Position numbers and translations under genes: made by a program. Below the pieces are notes generated by a model, which did no database searches, had not been told where the DNA came from, and saw only the letters and a program-made list of their open reading frames with translations. Positions 1 to 9,682 of a DNA stretch of 64,000 nt are shown here, in pieces (positions within the stretch are counted from its first letter, which is position 1; every line of letters starts with the position of its first letter). Source of the DNA: Candidatus Bipolaricaulota bacterium (GTDB lineage Bacteria; Bipolaricaulota; Bipolaricaulia; UBA7950; UBA9294); NCBI GenBank assembly GCA_028277345.1, contig JANQGM010000023.1:7895-71894 (forward strand), given 5' to 3'.

Positions 1-61
1 GTCCCATCGCCGCAATGCAACAAATGAGGAGAAGAAACACGGCCGCTTTTCGAGTTCGCAT
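1..61 (-). CDS. 5' end of a gene running off the window. Encodes a hydrophobic N-terminus (MRTRKAAVFLLLICCIAAMG), probably a secreted or membrane protein.
   Basis: Minus-strand ATG at 61-59, with GGAGG (reverse complement of 68-72) 6 nt upstream. The frame stays open to position 1. Only 20 codons are visible. Confidence 0.3.
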   Translation of the reverse strand, partial: MRTRKAAVFLLLICCIAAMG

Positions 62-203
62 ACGACACCTCCGGATGATTCTGGATCGATCGAGCGCGTG
101 CTCACTGTGAAGTATAGCAGAGACTCCAGGAGAAATGCGGGTTTACCAGGGGACCTTCGCGCCGCCCGCATCGGCGCGTTCATCGGGTACGCTTGAGTGA
201 GAG

Positions 204-761
204 GTGAACATGGTTCGGCGCATGACGGTTGTGGACTACTCGGAGCAGTGGCCCGAACTCGCGACACGTGAAATGGAAAGGCTGAGAAACGCGCTAGGTG
301 ACGTGCTCGTGCGGGCGCACCATATCGGAAGCACGGCAGTTTCCGGATTGGCCGCCAAGCCCATCATCGACCTCTTGCTTGAGGTGGTGAATCTGGAAGC
401 ACTGGACGCACGTGACGAAGACATGCAATCGTTTGGCTATGTTCCGCGCGGAGAGTTCGGCATCCCTGGCCGCCGCTACTATCCCAAGGGAGGCGATCAA
501 CGGACGCATCACATCCATGCGTTCGCTGTTGGGGATTGCCACATCGCACGCCATCTCGCGTTTAGAGATTACCTGCGCGCGCACCCAAAGGCCGTCGAAT
601 CCTACGCTGCAATAAAGATGGAAGCCGGCTCTGAACACGCGACCGATCCCGAAGGCTATGTCGCCTACAAGCAGGCTTATGTGGAGCAGGAGGTCAAGAA
701 AGCGGTACACTGGGCACAGCGCAATCATCATCTAACCCAGCGGCCAGAAGGAGACCTATGA
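204..761 (+). CDS. GrpB family protein (nucleotidyltransferase-like fold)
   Basis: 185-aa ORF with the GrpB-typical stretch HHIGSTAVSGLAAKPIIDLLL and RGEFGIPGRRYY. GTG at 204, alternative ATG at 210 behind GAGAGG. Its stop overlaps the next start (ATGA at 758-761). Confidence 0.75.
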   Translation: MNMVRRMTVVDYSEQWPELATREMERLRNALGDVLVRAHHIGSTAVSGLAAKPIIDLLLEVVNLEALDARDEDMQSFGYVPRGEFGIPGRRYYPKGGDQRTHHIHAFAVGDCHIARHLAFRDYLRAHPKAVESYAAIKMEAGSEHATDPEGYVAYKQAYVEQEVKKAVHWAQRNHHLTQRPEGDL

Positions 762-1324
762 AGATCGTTACATTACAAGCCAGCCCTCATCTTGACGGGA
801 ACACGGATCGATTGCTGGATTGGTCGGAGCGAGCGCTCAAGGATTGGCGTCACGACGTAACGCGGATCAATCTCGGCGCAATGAACATCCAGCCGTGCAA
901 GGCCTGCTTCGCCTGTGCGGAAACCCCGGACGCCCCTGGCTGTGTGCTTTCGGACGATGCGCCCGGCGTCTTTGGCGAGATGATCAATGCTGACGCCATC
1001 ATCTATGCGACGCCTCTGTACATGTGGGGATTCTCAGCTCAGATGAAGGCGCTTCTCGATCGTTCGATTTGTCTCGTACGTGGATACAGCGGCGAAGAAC
1101 ATCGCTCGCTGATCGAGAATACGCCGGCGACACTTCTCGTTTCGTGTGGGGGACCCGATGCAGGCAATGCCGATTTAATCCGTGAATCTTTCCCTCGCTA
1201 TGCCAATTACACCCGACTGGACGATCGTGGTATCTTTGTCTTTCCTCACTGTACCGATGTGAACATGCTGCCCAACTCGCACGGAGCAACCGCACGCGAA
1301 CTCGCCCGAGTGCTCACGGAGTAA
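758..1324 (+). CDS. Flavodoxin-like NADPH-dependent FMN reductase / iron-sulfur flavoprotein family
   Basis: 188 aa. N-terminus MKIVTLQASPHLDGNTDRLL, cysteine cluster CKACFAC, and IIYATPLYMWG, typical of Isf-like flavoproteins. Translationally coupled to the GrpB gene. Confidence 0.75.
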   Translation: MKIVTLQASPHLDGNTDRLLDWSERALKDWRHDVTRINLGAMNIQPCKACFACAETPDAPGCVLSDDAPGVFGEMINADAIIYATPLYMWGFSAQMKALLDRSICLVRGYSGEEHRSLIENTPATLLVSCGGPDAGNADLIRESFPRYANYTRLDDRGIFVFPHCTDVNMLPNSHGATARELARVLTE

Positions 1325-1792
1325 CTACGGATAACGGTACGAAAAACGCCCGACAACCGGATTGACAAGCCGTTCGAAGTCCGCGTAGCACAGGCGAATA
1401 ACCTCGGCATGTGAACCGGCGGAGAAGGCGATGAACTCATCCTCCGTCAGGATTTCTGAGGCATAGACCGCCATCTCGTAGAGGTTCCCGAACGGCGGCA
1501 TCGCGCCCACATCGCACGTCGGAAAGCGCTCCACGAAATCGCCTTCTTCGGCGAGCTCGGCGACCGATCCGGCAACATCGGAGAGACACTTGAAGTCCAC
1601 GCGATGTGATGCCGGGATGACGGCCATAGCCAATTCACCCGCGAGGATCACCATCACGGTCTTGGCCAGCTCTTTTCCCGGGATATGTGTGAGTTCGGCG
1701 ATCTCCTGCGCGGTGAATGCTTTGGAATGCTGTATCGCCGAATACTTCACACCATTCTCGTCAAGGTAGGTCCTTAGCTTCTGAACGGGCAT
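1325..1792 (-). CDS. YbaK/EbsC-type aminoacyl-tRNA editing (deacylase) domain protein
   Basis: The ORF reaches 1861, but the conserved part starts at MPVQKLRTYLDENGVKYSAIQHSKAFTAQEIAE (ATG at 1792). Length (~155 aa) and motif layout fit the YbaK family. Confidence 0.65.
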   Translation of the reverse strand: MPVQKLRTYLDENGVKYSAIQHSKAFTAQEIAELTHIPGKELAKTVMVILAGELAMAVIPASHRVDFKCLSDVAGSVAELAEEGDFVERFPTCDVGAMPPFGNLYEMAVYASEILTEDEFIAFSAGSHAEVIRLCYADFERLVNPVVGRFSYRYP

Positions 1793-1945
1793 CCTGCCTC
1801 CTTTCCCCCGAACACTGTCACAAGTGTAGGGAAGAAAGGCAAGGGTGTGAAGATCTAGCAACAGGCGTCACATTGCCACTTTGCGTGCGCAATTGGACAG
1901 AATCATGTACGATTCGCAAATCACAGATCCGGGTGGAGCAACTGA

Positions 1946-2320
1946 ATGAATTTGCTTGTCGAACGATTGAGCGGAAGACCGGTGGCCGATGACACGCGGG
2001 CCGTGCTTCGCACCGCTGCATTTCTGATTCGTCCGTTTGTCCGCCTGTGGAAGCTAGCGGAATCGCACGAGCTAAATCCGTGGGTTTTCATCGCCATGTC
2101 GTTGGCCGGCTACATGGTTCAAGCCATGGTCTTCCTTCCACCCTTTCAATCCCAAGGCTGGAAGCTAGCCTTCCTCATTCTCTTACGGATGATTGCATTG
2201 GTCGTTCCCCTCTACATCTTTGTTAAGGGGAAGCGCATCGCAGCCGCCTTCAATGTGTCTGTCGCCGCCATGTTCATCTTCAATACGGCGTGGCACGTCT
2301 GCTACTACATCTACGCCTAG
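1946..2320 (+). CDS. Small integral membrane protein, function unknown
   Basis: 124-aa ORF with 3-4 hydrophobic helices (WVFIAMSLAGYMVQAMVFLPPF, LAFLILLRMIALVVPLYIFV, VSVAAMFIFNTAWHVCYYIY). No family recognised. Confidence 0.4.
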   Translation: MNLLVERLSGRPVADDTRAVLRTAAFLIRPFVRLWKLAESHELNPWVFIAMSLAGYMVQAMVFLPPFQSQGWKLAFLILLRMIALVVPLYIFVKGKRIAAAFNVSVAAMFIFNTAWHVCYYIYA

Positions 2321-2336
2321 GCTCTCCCAAAGAATA

Positions 2337-2365
2337 AGGAGGGGCCGCAGCCCCTTCCTCTTGCT
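2337..2365. terminator. GC-rich hairpin between convergent genes (putative bidirectional terminator)
   Basis: aaggaggggc-cgca-gccccttcct forms a ~8-bp stem (one G:T pair) followed by tcttgctt. It lies between the stops at 2320 (+) and 2385 (-). Confidence 0.4.
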
Positions 2366-2384
2366 TCCCAACGTGGTTCGCAGT

Positions 2385-5339
2385 CTACCGGTTGACGAAC
2401 ACCTTTCCTGATTGATTGAATGTGCTTGCTCCATTCGATGCCGTGATTACGTACAGGTAGCAGCCATTGGCGACCGGCGAGCAGCGGGCGCCCTTGGTTC
2501 CGTCCCACACGATCTCGGTGGCATCCGTCACGGACAGTTCCTGGACCAAAGCACCGGAGAGGTCGTAGATCGCTAGTGCAATGGTGCTGGCAACGCCCGT
2601 TCCGTTGTAAGAGAATGCCGCATCGATCTCAAAGGGATTCGGACTCACAACAAATGATGCCACCTCAAAAGCGCTGGTCACGATGCCCACAGTATCTGAA
2701 CTCGTATCCAGCGGATTCGTCGGGTCTGTGTACGTCGCCGTCAGTTCATCTCCTGGCTGCAGATCCAGATCGATGGGCGCTGTCATGAACTCGCCACCCG
2801 TTCCCAGCGGAAGCAAATCATAGGTCATCCCTTCGATCTCAACTGCATCGGTCAGCAACGTCACACCGGCATGCGACGTATCGATGACCTTCACGTAGAC
2901 AGCATCCGCATCTAAATAGGACTCAACAGCGTGGCCAGCGTCATCGACGAACTGGGTCGTCGACTGCTGAGATGGCGGCATACCGCCTCCACCCATGCCA
3001 ACTTGAATGGAGATCATGGCAGAGTCTGAATGGTTCGAGGGATCTTGGTAAACGGCAACCAGGGTGTCGCCCGGCCACACCGCGAGCGTGGGGACACAAC
3101 TGTACTGGCTGACGAGATCGACACAGATAACGGAGACAAAGGTTCCTGTGTTGGGCCCTGTCTCAAGCAGATCGACGGCCGCCCATCCTCCGCTTCCAGG
3201 GTTGAGAATGTAGAGCTTGGGCCATGCCGCATGGTCGCCGTCCCAATCCTCGGCCCAGCATTCGCCGTCCAAACTGGTTGCAGGGCCATCGTTGAAGATG
3301 TTCGTATCGCCAAGAAGGATGTTGACGTAGTGGCCATGCCCGTCGATCTCTTCGGTCGGGCAAACAAACTCGTTAAGCGCCTGCGCACCGAAGGGAACAT
3401 TCTGGCCGCCATCCCAATAGGCATCGATTCGCTCCCGGCGATAGATATCCTCGTCCTGATCGGGGTCAATGACTTCGATGAACACACAGTCCGACGCGCC
3501 ATATTGCTCAACCGGCTGTCCCTGGCGATTGAGAAAGCGCATGTTCGTTGAGTTCCCATCGAAGACTTGCGTATCCCCGATCGAAACGGTCCCGAAACTC
3601 AGATCGTTGTGAACGCGAGCATGTCCAATCGAAGGCGGGAAAGCTGTATCGATATCACTGTCGCCAAGTCCGTTAAAATCTTGGCCCGATGAAGTCACTG
3701 CAGTAGGAGCCTGATAGTGCACATCGTTGTAGCGCGCATAAAGATCATCCTCGTTGAAGACCTCAAGCTTCCAATTGTCAAGTCGCAGCCAGAATCCCCC
3801 TGTGGAATCCGCAAATCCAATACCCAGTCCATCCCATACAGGGCGAAGCTGTGTGCCCGCGTAGGTATAGAAAACAGGGGAATTGGAACTCGATTCATCC
3901 AGAATGAGCCACTCGGCATCATCCTCGCCATGGGGGTCACAGAGGTGAACAAGCACCTGTTCGGGCGAACAGGGATCGACATTGGCGTTGGCATCGAGGA
4001 CCTGAATGTACACGGAATCGCGGCCAATCCAATACGTGTCCACATCGTCTCGCGCACTGTTGGTGAAACGCGTCACGGAATGCTGTTTTTCTTCGATGTA
4101 GGACGTTGCCAGTTTGAAGTCATCGTCATCGTTTGGATCGAGATAATAGGCCACCAGCACATCGCGGACGTTGAGGGAATTGAACCTCAAGTCCCTGGCA
4201 ATGTCATTGAAATTCAACTGGAAGACGCCGGTGTTCGCCCCCGTCTCTTGCGCATAGAAGGAGACAGGGGTCACGCCGAATTCATGAACCGGATCGAACG
4301 GAGCGTCGAAGGGATACTGAATGTAGTAGCGACCATCATCGTTTGCGCTGTTGTAGATGTTGTACCAGCGAATGCGCTGCCAGATGAGTTGGGCTGGCGT
4401 CGCCGTCGTCGCGTCGACGCCCCCTGTTGCCATCAACGTGCAGAACGTCGTTGGACTCGGTTCGGTGGCATGAAGTGAATTCCAGGACCCAGGATTGACA
4501 ATCACGAACACCGGAACGTACTCGACTTCGTTGCAATTGAGATTCTCATCCGGATCGATGACCGTGATCGTCGCCGCGCTGTGATGATCCTCGACGACTT
4601 CGCTCCTCCACGCGATCGTGGCTTCGGTATCGATGATTTTCATCATGGCGATAGCCACATCGGTGAGCTCATTGGGATCGGCATACATGCCGATGAGCGT
4701 ATTCATGTTCTCGAACCGACCGATGATGTACTCGTCGAGGCCGGCTGGGCCATCCGCCCATCGAGATGGCTCAATGCCGTATCCAGGCCATAAGAAGGGG
4801 ATCATGAGGCCGCCGATGTACTCCGGACCTGGAGCGATCCAACCTCGATTGTCCGCGTAGCCATTGGGCGGGCCACCGTACCAGTAATGGCCCCAGACGA
4901 AATCATCCGTGATGCCTTCGTCAGGCCGATCCACGACGTGCGTATGGAGATTCGGCGTGGCGGCAGCAAAGGACTCCCTTGTTCCGATCTGGAAGGCGCG
5001 ATGCGAGACAAAGACTCCGGTATCGGGACCCGTTTCTTCCAAATAGTCGTAGTCCGTGGGATCTTCCGCCTCAGGATCGAAGATCCACACGCTGAGGGCG
5101 CCGGTCTTAAAATCCATGATTTTCAGATCAGGCGACATCTTGTCGCGAACATCGCAATCGAGGTTTTGATCGTTGTCGATCACGACGATCCAGACCTCTT
5201 CGCCTTCCTGAACGTGGGTCACACGCTGTTCGCCATTCTTGTCAACCGCAAAGTACATTTCCGCGCTGGTTGCGACTGCACCAAGCGAAAGTAAAAGCGC
5301 GAACACTGACACCAACGCAACACATGCCGTCCGCCTCAC
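2385..5339 (-). CDS. Large secreted protein with a C-terminal FlgD-Ig-like / T9SS-type sorting-like domain
   Basis: The ORF reaches 5399 (TTG). AGGAGG plus a 6-nt spacer plus GTG at 5339 gives a clean signal peptide (RRTACVALVSVFALLLSLGAVATSAE). The C-terminal ~90 aa (VSPNPF...IAIYDLSGALVQEL...VWDG...GCYLYVITASNG...GKVFV) matches the FlgD-Ig/T9SS C-terminal pattern. The body is acidic and rich in D/N/W/Y. Confidence 0.7.
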   Translation of the reverse strand: MRRTACVALVSVFALLLSLGAVATSAEMYFAVDKNGEQRVTHVQEGEEVWIVVIDNDQNLDCDVRDKMSPDLKIMDFKTGALSVWIFDPEAEDPTDYDYLEETGPDTGVFVSHRAFQIGTRESFAAATPNLHTHVVDRPDEGITDDFVWGHYWYGGPPNGYADNRGWIAPGPEYIGGLMIPFLWPGYGIEPSRWADGPAGLDEYIIGRFENMNTLIGMYADPNELTDVAIAMMKIIDTEATIAWRSEVVEDHHSAATITVIDPDENLNCNEVEYVPVFVIVNPGSWNSLHATEPSPTTFCTLMATGGVDATTATPAQLIWQRIRWYNIYNSANDDGRYYIQYPFDAPFDPVHEFGVTPVSFYAQETGANTGVFQLNFNDIARDLRFNSLNVRDVLVAYYLDPNDDDDFKLATSYIEEKQHSVTRFTNSARDDVDTYWIGRDSVYIQVLDANANVDPCSPEQVLVHLCDPHGEDDAEWLILDESSSNSPVFYTYAGTQLRPVWDGLGIGFADSTGGFWLRLDNWKLEVFNEDDLYARYNDVHYQAPTAVTSSGQDFNGLGDSDIDTAFPPSIGHARVHNDLSFGTVSIGDTQVFDGNSTNMRFLNRQGQPVEQYGASDCVFIEVIDPDQDEDIYRRERIDAYWDGGQNVPFGAQALNEFVCPTEEIDGHGHYVNILLGDTNIFNDGPATSLDGECWAEDWDGDHAAWPKLYILNPGSGGWAAVDLLETGPNTGTFVSVICVDLVSQYSCVPTLAVWPGDTLVAVYQDPSNHSDSAMISIQVGMGGGGMPPSQQSTTQFVDDAGHAVESYLDADAVYVKVIDTSHAGVTLLTDAVEIEGMTYDLLPLGTGGEFMTAPIDLDLQPGDELTATYTDPTNPLDTSSDTVGIVTSAFEVASFVVSPNPFEIDAAFSYNGTGVASTIALAIYDLSGALVQELSVTDATEIVWDGTKGARCSPVANGCYLYVITASNGASTFNQSGKVFVNR

Positions 5340-5516
5340 GAGAAGCCTCCTTCGAGATCGAACACATGGGAGGAGAAGAACCCCCGTCGCCCCTCTCAAA
5401 GCGGCAATTCATGCAAGATCGCCGCTCCCGATGACTGTAGGGGCAACGCCAACGCGAAGTCAAGGGATTTGCTGCATGATCGCATAGAGTATGATGAGCC
5501 TCGAATGGGAGGACGC

Positions 5517-6575
5517 ATGGATATTGCAGTCATTGGAGCCAGTGGAGATGTCGGCCGCCAGGTGGCGCAGCAAGTCGTCGTCACGCGGCAGCTTGATCGC
5601 TCAGAACGCCTGGTCCTTGTTGGGAATCGAGAGGGGAAATCCGCTCGAAGCACCTATGGATTGGCCGCCGATCTGCGCGATGCTTACTCCGATATTGCTC
5701 CTGGCATCAAGGTCTCCCTTGACGCCTCGGAAATCCGCGCCGATCTCATCATTGTTGCCGCCGGGATGACGCCGACGCCCTCGCCAGGTGCGTCCCCATT
5801 GAATCGCGACGCACTGGCTGAATCGAATGCTGCGATCTTTCACTCCTATGCGAACGCGATCGCCAAGCACGGACACGGTCACGAAATCGTGATTTGCGTC
5901 TCCAATCCGGTTGAGCTGTCCGTCGCCATCTTCGCTCAAGCGCTTGGGCGAACGCGCGTCATGGGTATGGGCGCATTCCTCGACTCATTGCGTTTTCGGG
6001 AAGAAATCGCCTCAAGTCTGGGACTCAATCGGAAGCAGGTCCACGCCTTCATCGCCGGCGAGCATGGATCCTTGGCTGTGCCGCTGTGGAGCGACGTTCA
6101 TATCTATGGATTGACCGAGGTGGAGACAGAAGTCGCTTTGAACAGAATTCGCAATGGCGTCCAATTGAGGACCCTGTGGGAGGAAGTGGCAAAGGCTCAA
6201 GCCGAATTACGCTCGCTGATTGCCGATGGCCGAGTGGAGGACGCCTATGCCGTGGTCGATCGGTATCCGCCTGATGTGCGCGTTGTCACTCGGCCTTTCG
6301 TAACCCACTACAGCGGAGCAAAGACCGTGGTCGGAACCGCCCGCGCGACCATGAAATTCATCCGAACGATCACCCAGGGCGCCGATGCGTTGGTCTCCGG
6401 ACAAGTCGCACTCAATGGCAACGCCTACGGAATCCGCGGCACCATCGGTGTGCCGTTCGTCGTCGGAAACCGGGGCGTCGATCGCGTTTTCGAACTCCCT
6501 ATCGAGGATGATGAACGTCGATGGCTCAGCGAGGCTGCGCGACTGTGCAACGAGAAGATCTCCCGGTTTTTATAG
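5517..6575 (+). CDS. Lactate/malate dehydrogenase family oxidoreductase
   Basis: Start MDIAVIGASGDVGRQV (Rossmann GxGxxG) behind GGGAGGA. NRDAL substrate arginine region and IAGEHG catalytic His region. ORF track start 5469 is an upstream extension. Confidence 0.8.
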   Translation: MDIAVIGASGDVGRQVAQQVVVTRQLDRSERLVLVGNREGKSARSTYGLAADLRDAYSDIAPGIKVSLDASEIRADLIIVAAGMTPTPSPGASPLNRDALAESNAAIFHSYANAIAKHGHGHEIVICVSNPVELSVAIFAQALGRTRVMGMGAFLDSLRFREEIASSLGLNRKQVHAFIAGEHGSLAVPLWSDVHIYGLTEVETEVALNRIRNGVQLRTLWEEVAKAQAELRSLIADGRVEDAYAVVDRYPPDVRVVTRPFVTHYSGAKTVVGTARATMKFIRTITQGADALVSGQVALNGNAYGIRGTIGVPFVVGNRGVDRVFELPIEDDERRWLSEAARLCNEKISRFL

Positions 6576-6657
6576 CCCATGAGCGCTGTGCTTCTTTGGG
6601 GACATCGGTTTGTTCTGATGGATTCGAGTCAGCTACGGGGATAGACTCCGCGCCATT

Positions 6658-7839
6658 GTGGATGAAACGTCGTTACCACAGCCCGGCGGTCGGCGTCGCG
6701 CCATACCGCTGGCTATCTCGTCGCTGTTTGTCGCCACATCGTTGGGTGGGATCGGCCTCGTCGTTCAGCTCTACCTCAAATCCCTCGACACGCCGCTGTT
6801 TCTGATCAGTCTGTCTACAACGATTCACGGCGTGGGGATGTTAGTCGGGTCTTGGTTGTGGGGAACAGCATCCGACCACATCAAGCGCCGACGCTTGTTG
6901 GCATTTCTGACCTTGAGCATGTCGGCATGCCTGGGCGTGCTCATCTTTCTTCCCCCCATCGAGGTCGTGTTGATCGCAGGCGCCCTCCGATCGATGATGT
7001 TCGCGGGCACTGGTGTGGTCGCCGTTGCCGTTGTCTCCGCATCCAGCCTCGTTCAACGGCGAGGCAAGAACCTCTCCTACATTTCATCCGCCAAGGCATT
7101 GGGATTCGCCGCCGGAAACGTGCTGGCAGGGCTCGCGCTGGCGCAACTTGGATTCCGTCCCACCTTCATCCTTTACGCGATGCTGCCGTTGCTGGCCTTT
7201 GCCGCCGTCTGGCTGTTGCCCTCGGAGAACCCTGTCGTTCACAAGAACCGGGTCAATGCCTGGCGCGCCATCTTCTCCTCCGGGTTGCTCGACCTGTACG
7301 TGGCGACAGCGCTTCGCCAGATGGCCATTTTCGGAACCTTCTCGTTGCTCTACGTCTACATGGAAGAAGTTGGCATCCCCATTAGCATCATGGGCATCAT
7401 CAGCGCCACCAATACGGCGACTCAGACGCTGGCCATGCTGGTGTTCGGCTGGTTGGCCGATCGAATCGGCCGCCGCCGCATCTTCATGCTCGGCTTCTTC
7501 CTGTCGGCAGCGGTGCCCCTCTTTTTCGTCTTCGCCGCCAACATTCCCGGTATGATCGTTGGCTACATCACGCTGGGCTTGTCGTTCAGCTCTCTGTACG
7601 TCGGATCGGCCGCGCACATCGGCGATCGCGTCCCCCATCACCGGCATGGGCAGATGCTGGGATTGTACGAGTCGTCTCGCGGGCTGGGGGGGCTGTTCGG
7701 TCCGATCATTGCGGGGGCGATTACCCCGCTTGTCGGGTTCAAGGGCATGTTCTTGGTCATGTCGGGAATCGCAGGGCTCGGATTCGTTGTCATGATCCTC
7801 GGCAACACGGTGATGGGAAAGCGAATCGTCGGCAACTAG
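6658..7839 (+). CDS. MFS transporter
   Basis: 393 aa with about 12 hydrophobic segments. MFS-type loop motifs (WGTASDHIKRRRLL and GWLADRIGRRRIF, the D-R/K-x-G-R-R/K pattern in both halves). GTG start. Confidence 0.8.
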   Translation: MDETSLPQPGGRRRAIPLAISSLFVATSLGGIGLVVQLYLKSLDTPLFLISLSTTIHGVGMLVGSWLWGTASDHIKRRRLLAFLTLSMSACLGVLIFLPPIEVVLIAGALRSMMFAGTGVVAVAVVSASSLVQRRGKNLSYISSAKALGFAAGNVLAGLALAQLGFRPTFILYAMLPLLAFAAVWLLPSENPVVHKNRVNAWRAIFSSGLLDLYVATALRQMAIFGTFSLLYVYMEEVGIPISIMGIISATNTATQTLAMLVFGWLADRIGRRRIFMLGFFLSAAVPLFFVFAANIPGMIVGYITLGLSFSSLYVGSAAHIGDRVPHHRHGQMLGLYESSRGLGGLFGPIIAGAITPLVGFKGMFLVMSGIAGLGFVVMILGNTVMGKRIVGN

Positions 7840-8609
7840 GGCTGCATGCCTTCGTGTTCCCCCATGAGCCCGCTTCGAAATGCATCGATCAGCTCGCGTG
7901 CTTCAACCCCTTCGATGACCTTGTCTTTCAGACGAAGGTCTTCCATCAGCGTGTCGACCGAGTTTTGAATGGCCGTTCTCCCTTCGAGGGATAGTGTCTT
8001 TCCAGCATCCATTCCAGCGAGCAGTGCGCCTCTCAGATCGATGTCGAGGTCTCCATATTTCTCGTAGTCGAGTTCGAATCTCCGGCTCCCGCCTTCCTCG
8101 TAGGACAGCATGGCGTACAGCGCATCGTCAAGATCGTCTCTCCGGGCGGGAATGACGGACGTACCGAGTTTCACGGCAATCAGCAAGAACAACGGTGCGA
8201 TACGTGTTCTACAATCCCCCAAGTCAAAATCGGTTGCGTGTCCCACAGATTCCGGAACCCCAGCGGCGGAAATCGTCCCGCCCAGTTGTTGCGGTATTTC
8301 GTGTGTGGGCGTCCAGTCCGGATCAAATCCCAGCACGTCCACATCCATGCCGCCCGGCGTACGGAATCTGTGCTCCGCCTCTGTGTCACGCAATCCATGC
8401 GAAATCAAGAGTGTACGAATGGCTCCCACACCTCCTGCAGCGGCGATGGCAAGATCCAGGTCGCGTGTCCCACGAATAAACCGGGGGTCCTGAAGCAGCA
8501 ACGCCGTCGCCCCGATGACGGCAAAGGGAATGCCCTCGCGCGTCAGCAGCTTGGAGAGGTCGCAGAGCGTTTCGCGAACAGCCGGACTCAATTGCTGGAC
8601 AAGGTCCAT
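7836..8609 (-). CDS. Nucleotidyltransferase-fold protein, AbiEii/DUF1814-like (putative type IV toxin)
   Basis: 257 aa. Minimal pol-beta NTase motif IGATALLLQDPRFIRGTRDLDLAI (G-[AS]...DxD). GAGGAG RBS lies inside the end of the upstream gene, with a 22-nt overlap. Gene order matches abiEi-abiEii. Confidence 0.55.
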   Translation of the reverse strand: MDLVQQLSPAVRETLCDLSKLLTREGIPFAVIGATALLLQDPRFIRGTRDLDLAIAAAGGVGAIRTLLISHGLRDTEAEHRFRTPGGMDVDVLGFDPDWTPTHEIPQQLGGTISAAGVPESVGHATDFDLGDCRTRIAPLFLLIAVKLGTSVIPARRDDLDDALYAMLSYEEGGSRRFELDYEKYGDLDIDLRGALLAGMDAGKTLSLEGRTAIQNSVDTLMEDLRLKDKVIEGVEARELIDAFRSGLMGEHEGMQP

Positions 8610-9682
8610 GCAAGGTACTCCTCTCTAAGCCGCATTGCCGTTTCGGCAAGCCGCCGATGCTCGCCTGCCATCAACTCGGCATAGATCAGAGCCGGGTGGG
8701 CGATTTTCGTTTCCCTTCGTGACGATTTGTATCTCAAGTTAGTGGCGAAGCAATCCCTAAGCTCAATGTTGCCCTCTCTTGACGGTACAAGTCGGAGTCG
8801 GTTTCTCACCTCATCCGCCGCCTTCTTCGGAACGTATAGATGCACGCGGCTACCTCGCAGGTAGCCGGTAAGGAGATCAGCTGCATACTCCCCACCCACA
8901 ACGACTCCTTTGAGGAGATCCGCAGATTCAAACAGTGCTCCAAGATTTTCGCCACTCGGTGACGTGAACCGTCCAAACTGTACGTTTGGAGCGAGTTGCC
9001 CTGCATAGTCATCGCACCAGTGTTCGAGCACCTTGTCCGGTTCAATGATCCTGTAGGCACCTCGTCCGGCTCGGCGAAGAAGGTCTTGCTCGCGCCATAT
9101 CGAGAAGAGCTTGGATACAACTCCGAGTGAGATGCCTGATGCATCGACCAGATCGCGATAGGTGGCCTCGACGTCGGGACCGCTACGAACAAGCTGAAAC
9201 AGCAGTTTCGCGGACTGCTCACTTGAGCGCCATCCGACCGAACGTTTGGGTTCATGCGCAAGCTTGCGGCCGGTGACGAACAACAGCAGTTGGCCTGTCA
9301 AGTCAATGTGGAGATTCCCTGCCGAGTCAACAAACCACATGTGCCTGGCCTTTAGTTCCTGGGCCAACGGCTCGGTGATAGACTCCGTGACAACCAAGAA
9401 ATCGGCTTCGGGATCACTACGCTTGCACTGGTCCCTGAGGTACTCAAGCTCAGGCAAGTGTGCTGGTCTCAATGTACGTTTGATCTCAACAAAGACCTTG
9501 ATGTTTACATCTTGCGCACGTTGCAGCTGGATCATCGCATCAATTCGATTCGCGAGGTCGGGCGGAATCCGGCCTCGCTTGACCTTCGCTTCAACAGCGG
9601 TCCCGATTTCGGTGATCGCCTTCCTCATTATCTCAGCCTCTTGTTTGTTCATGATCATCGCCTGTTCACGTGACGTGAACAT
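8588..9682 (-). CDS. AbiEi-like wHTH antitoxin/transcription regulator with an extra N-terminal module
   Basis: 364-aa maximal ORF. The promoter -10 box abuts ATG 9682, so the real start is more likely ATG 9658 or 9652 (MIMNKQEA). Central wHTH-like segment (YRDLVDASGISLGVVSKLFSIWREQDLLRRAGRGAYRI). The C-terminal half resembles the AbiEi C-terminal domain. The N-terminal ~130 aa (VFVEIKR...FLVVTES...WFVDSAGNLHI) is not part of canonical AbiEi. Confidence 0.5.
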   Translation of the reverse strand: MFTSREQAMIMNKQEAEIMRKAITEIGTAVEAKVKRGRIPPDLANRIDAMIQLQRAQDVNIKVFVEIKRTLRPAHLPELEYLRDQCKRSDPEADFLVVTESITEPLAQELKARHMWFVDSAGNLHIDLTGQLLLFVTGRKLAHEPKRSVGWRSSEQSAKLLFQLVRSGPDVEATYRDLVDASGISLGVVSKLFSIWREQDLLRRAGRGAYRIIEPDKVLEHWCDDYAGQLAPNVQFGRFTSPSGENLGALFESADLLKGVVVGGEYAADLLTGYLRGSRVHLYVPKKAADEVRNRLRLVPSREGNIELRDCFATNLRYKSSRRETKIAHPALIYAELMAGEHRRLAETAMRLREEYLAWTLSSN

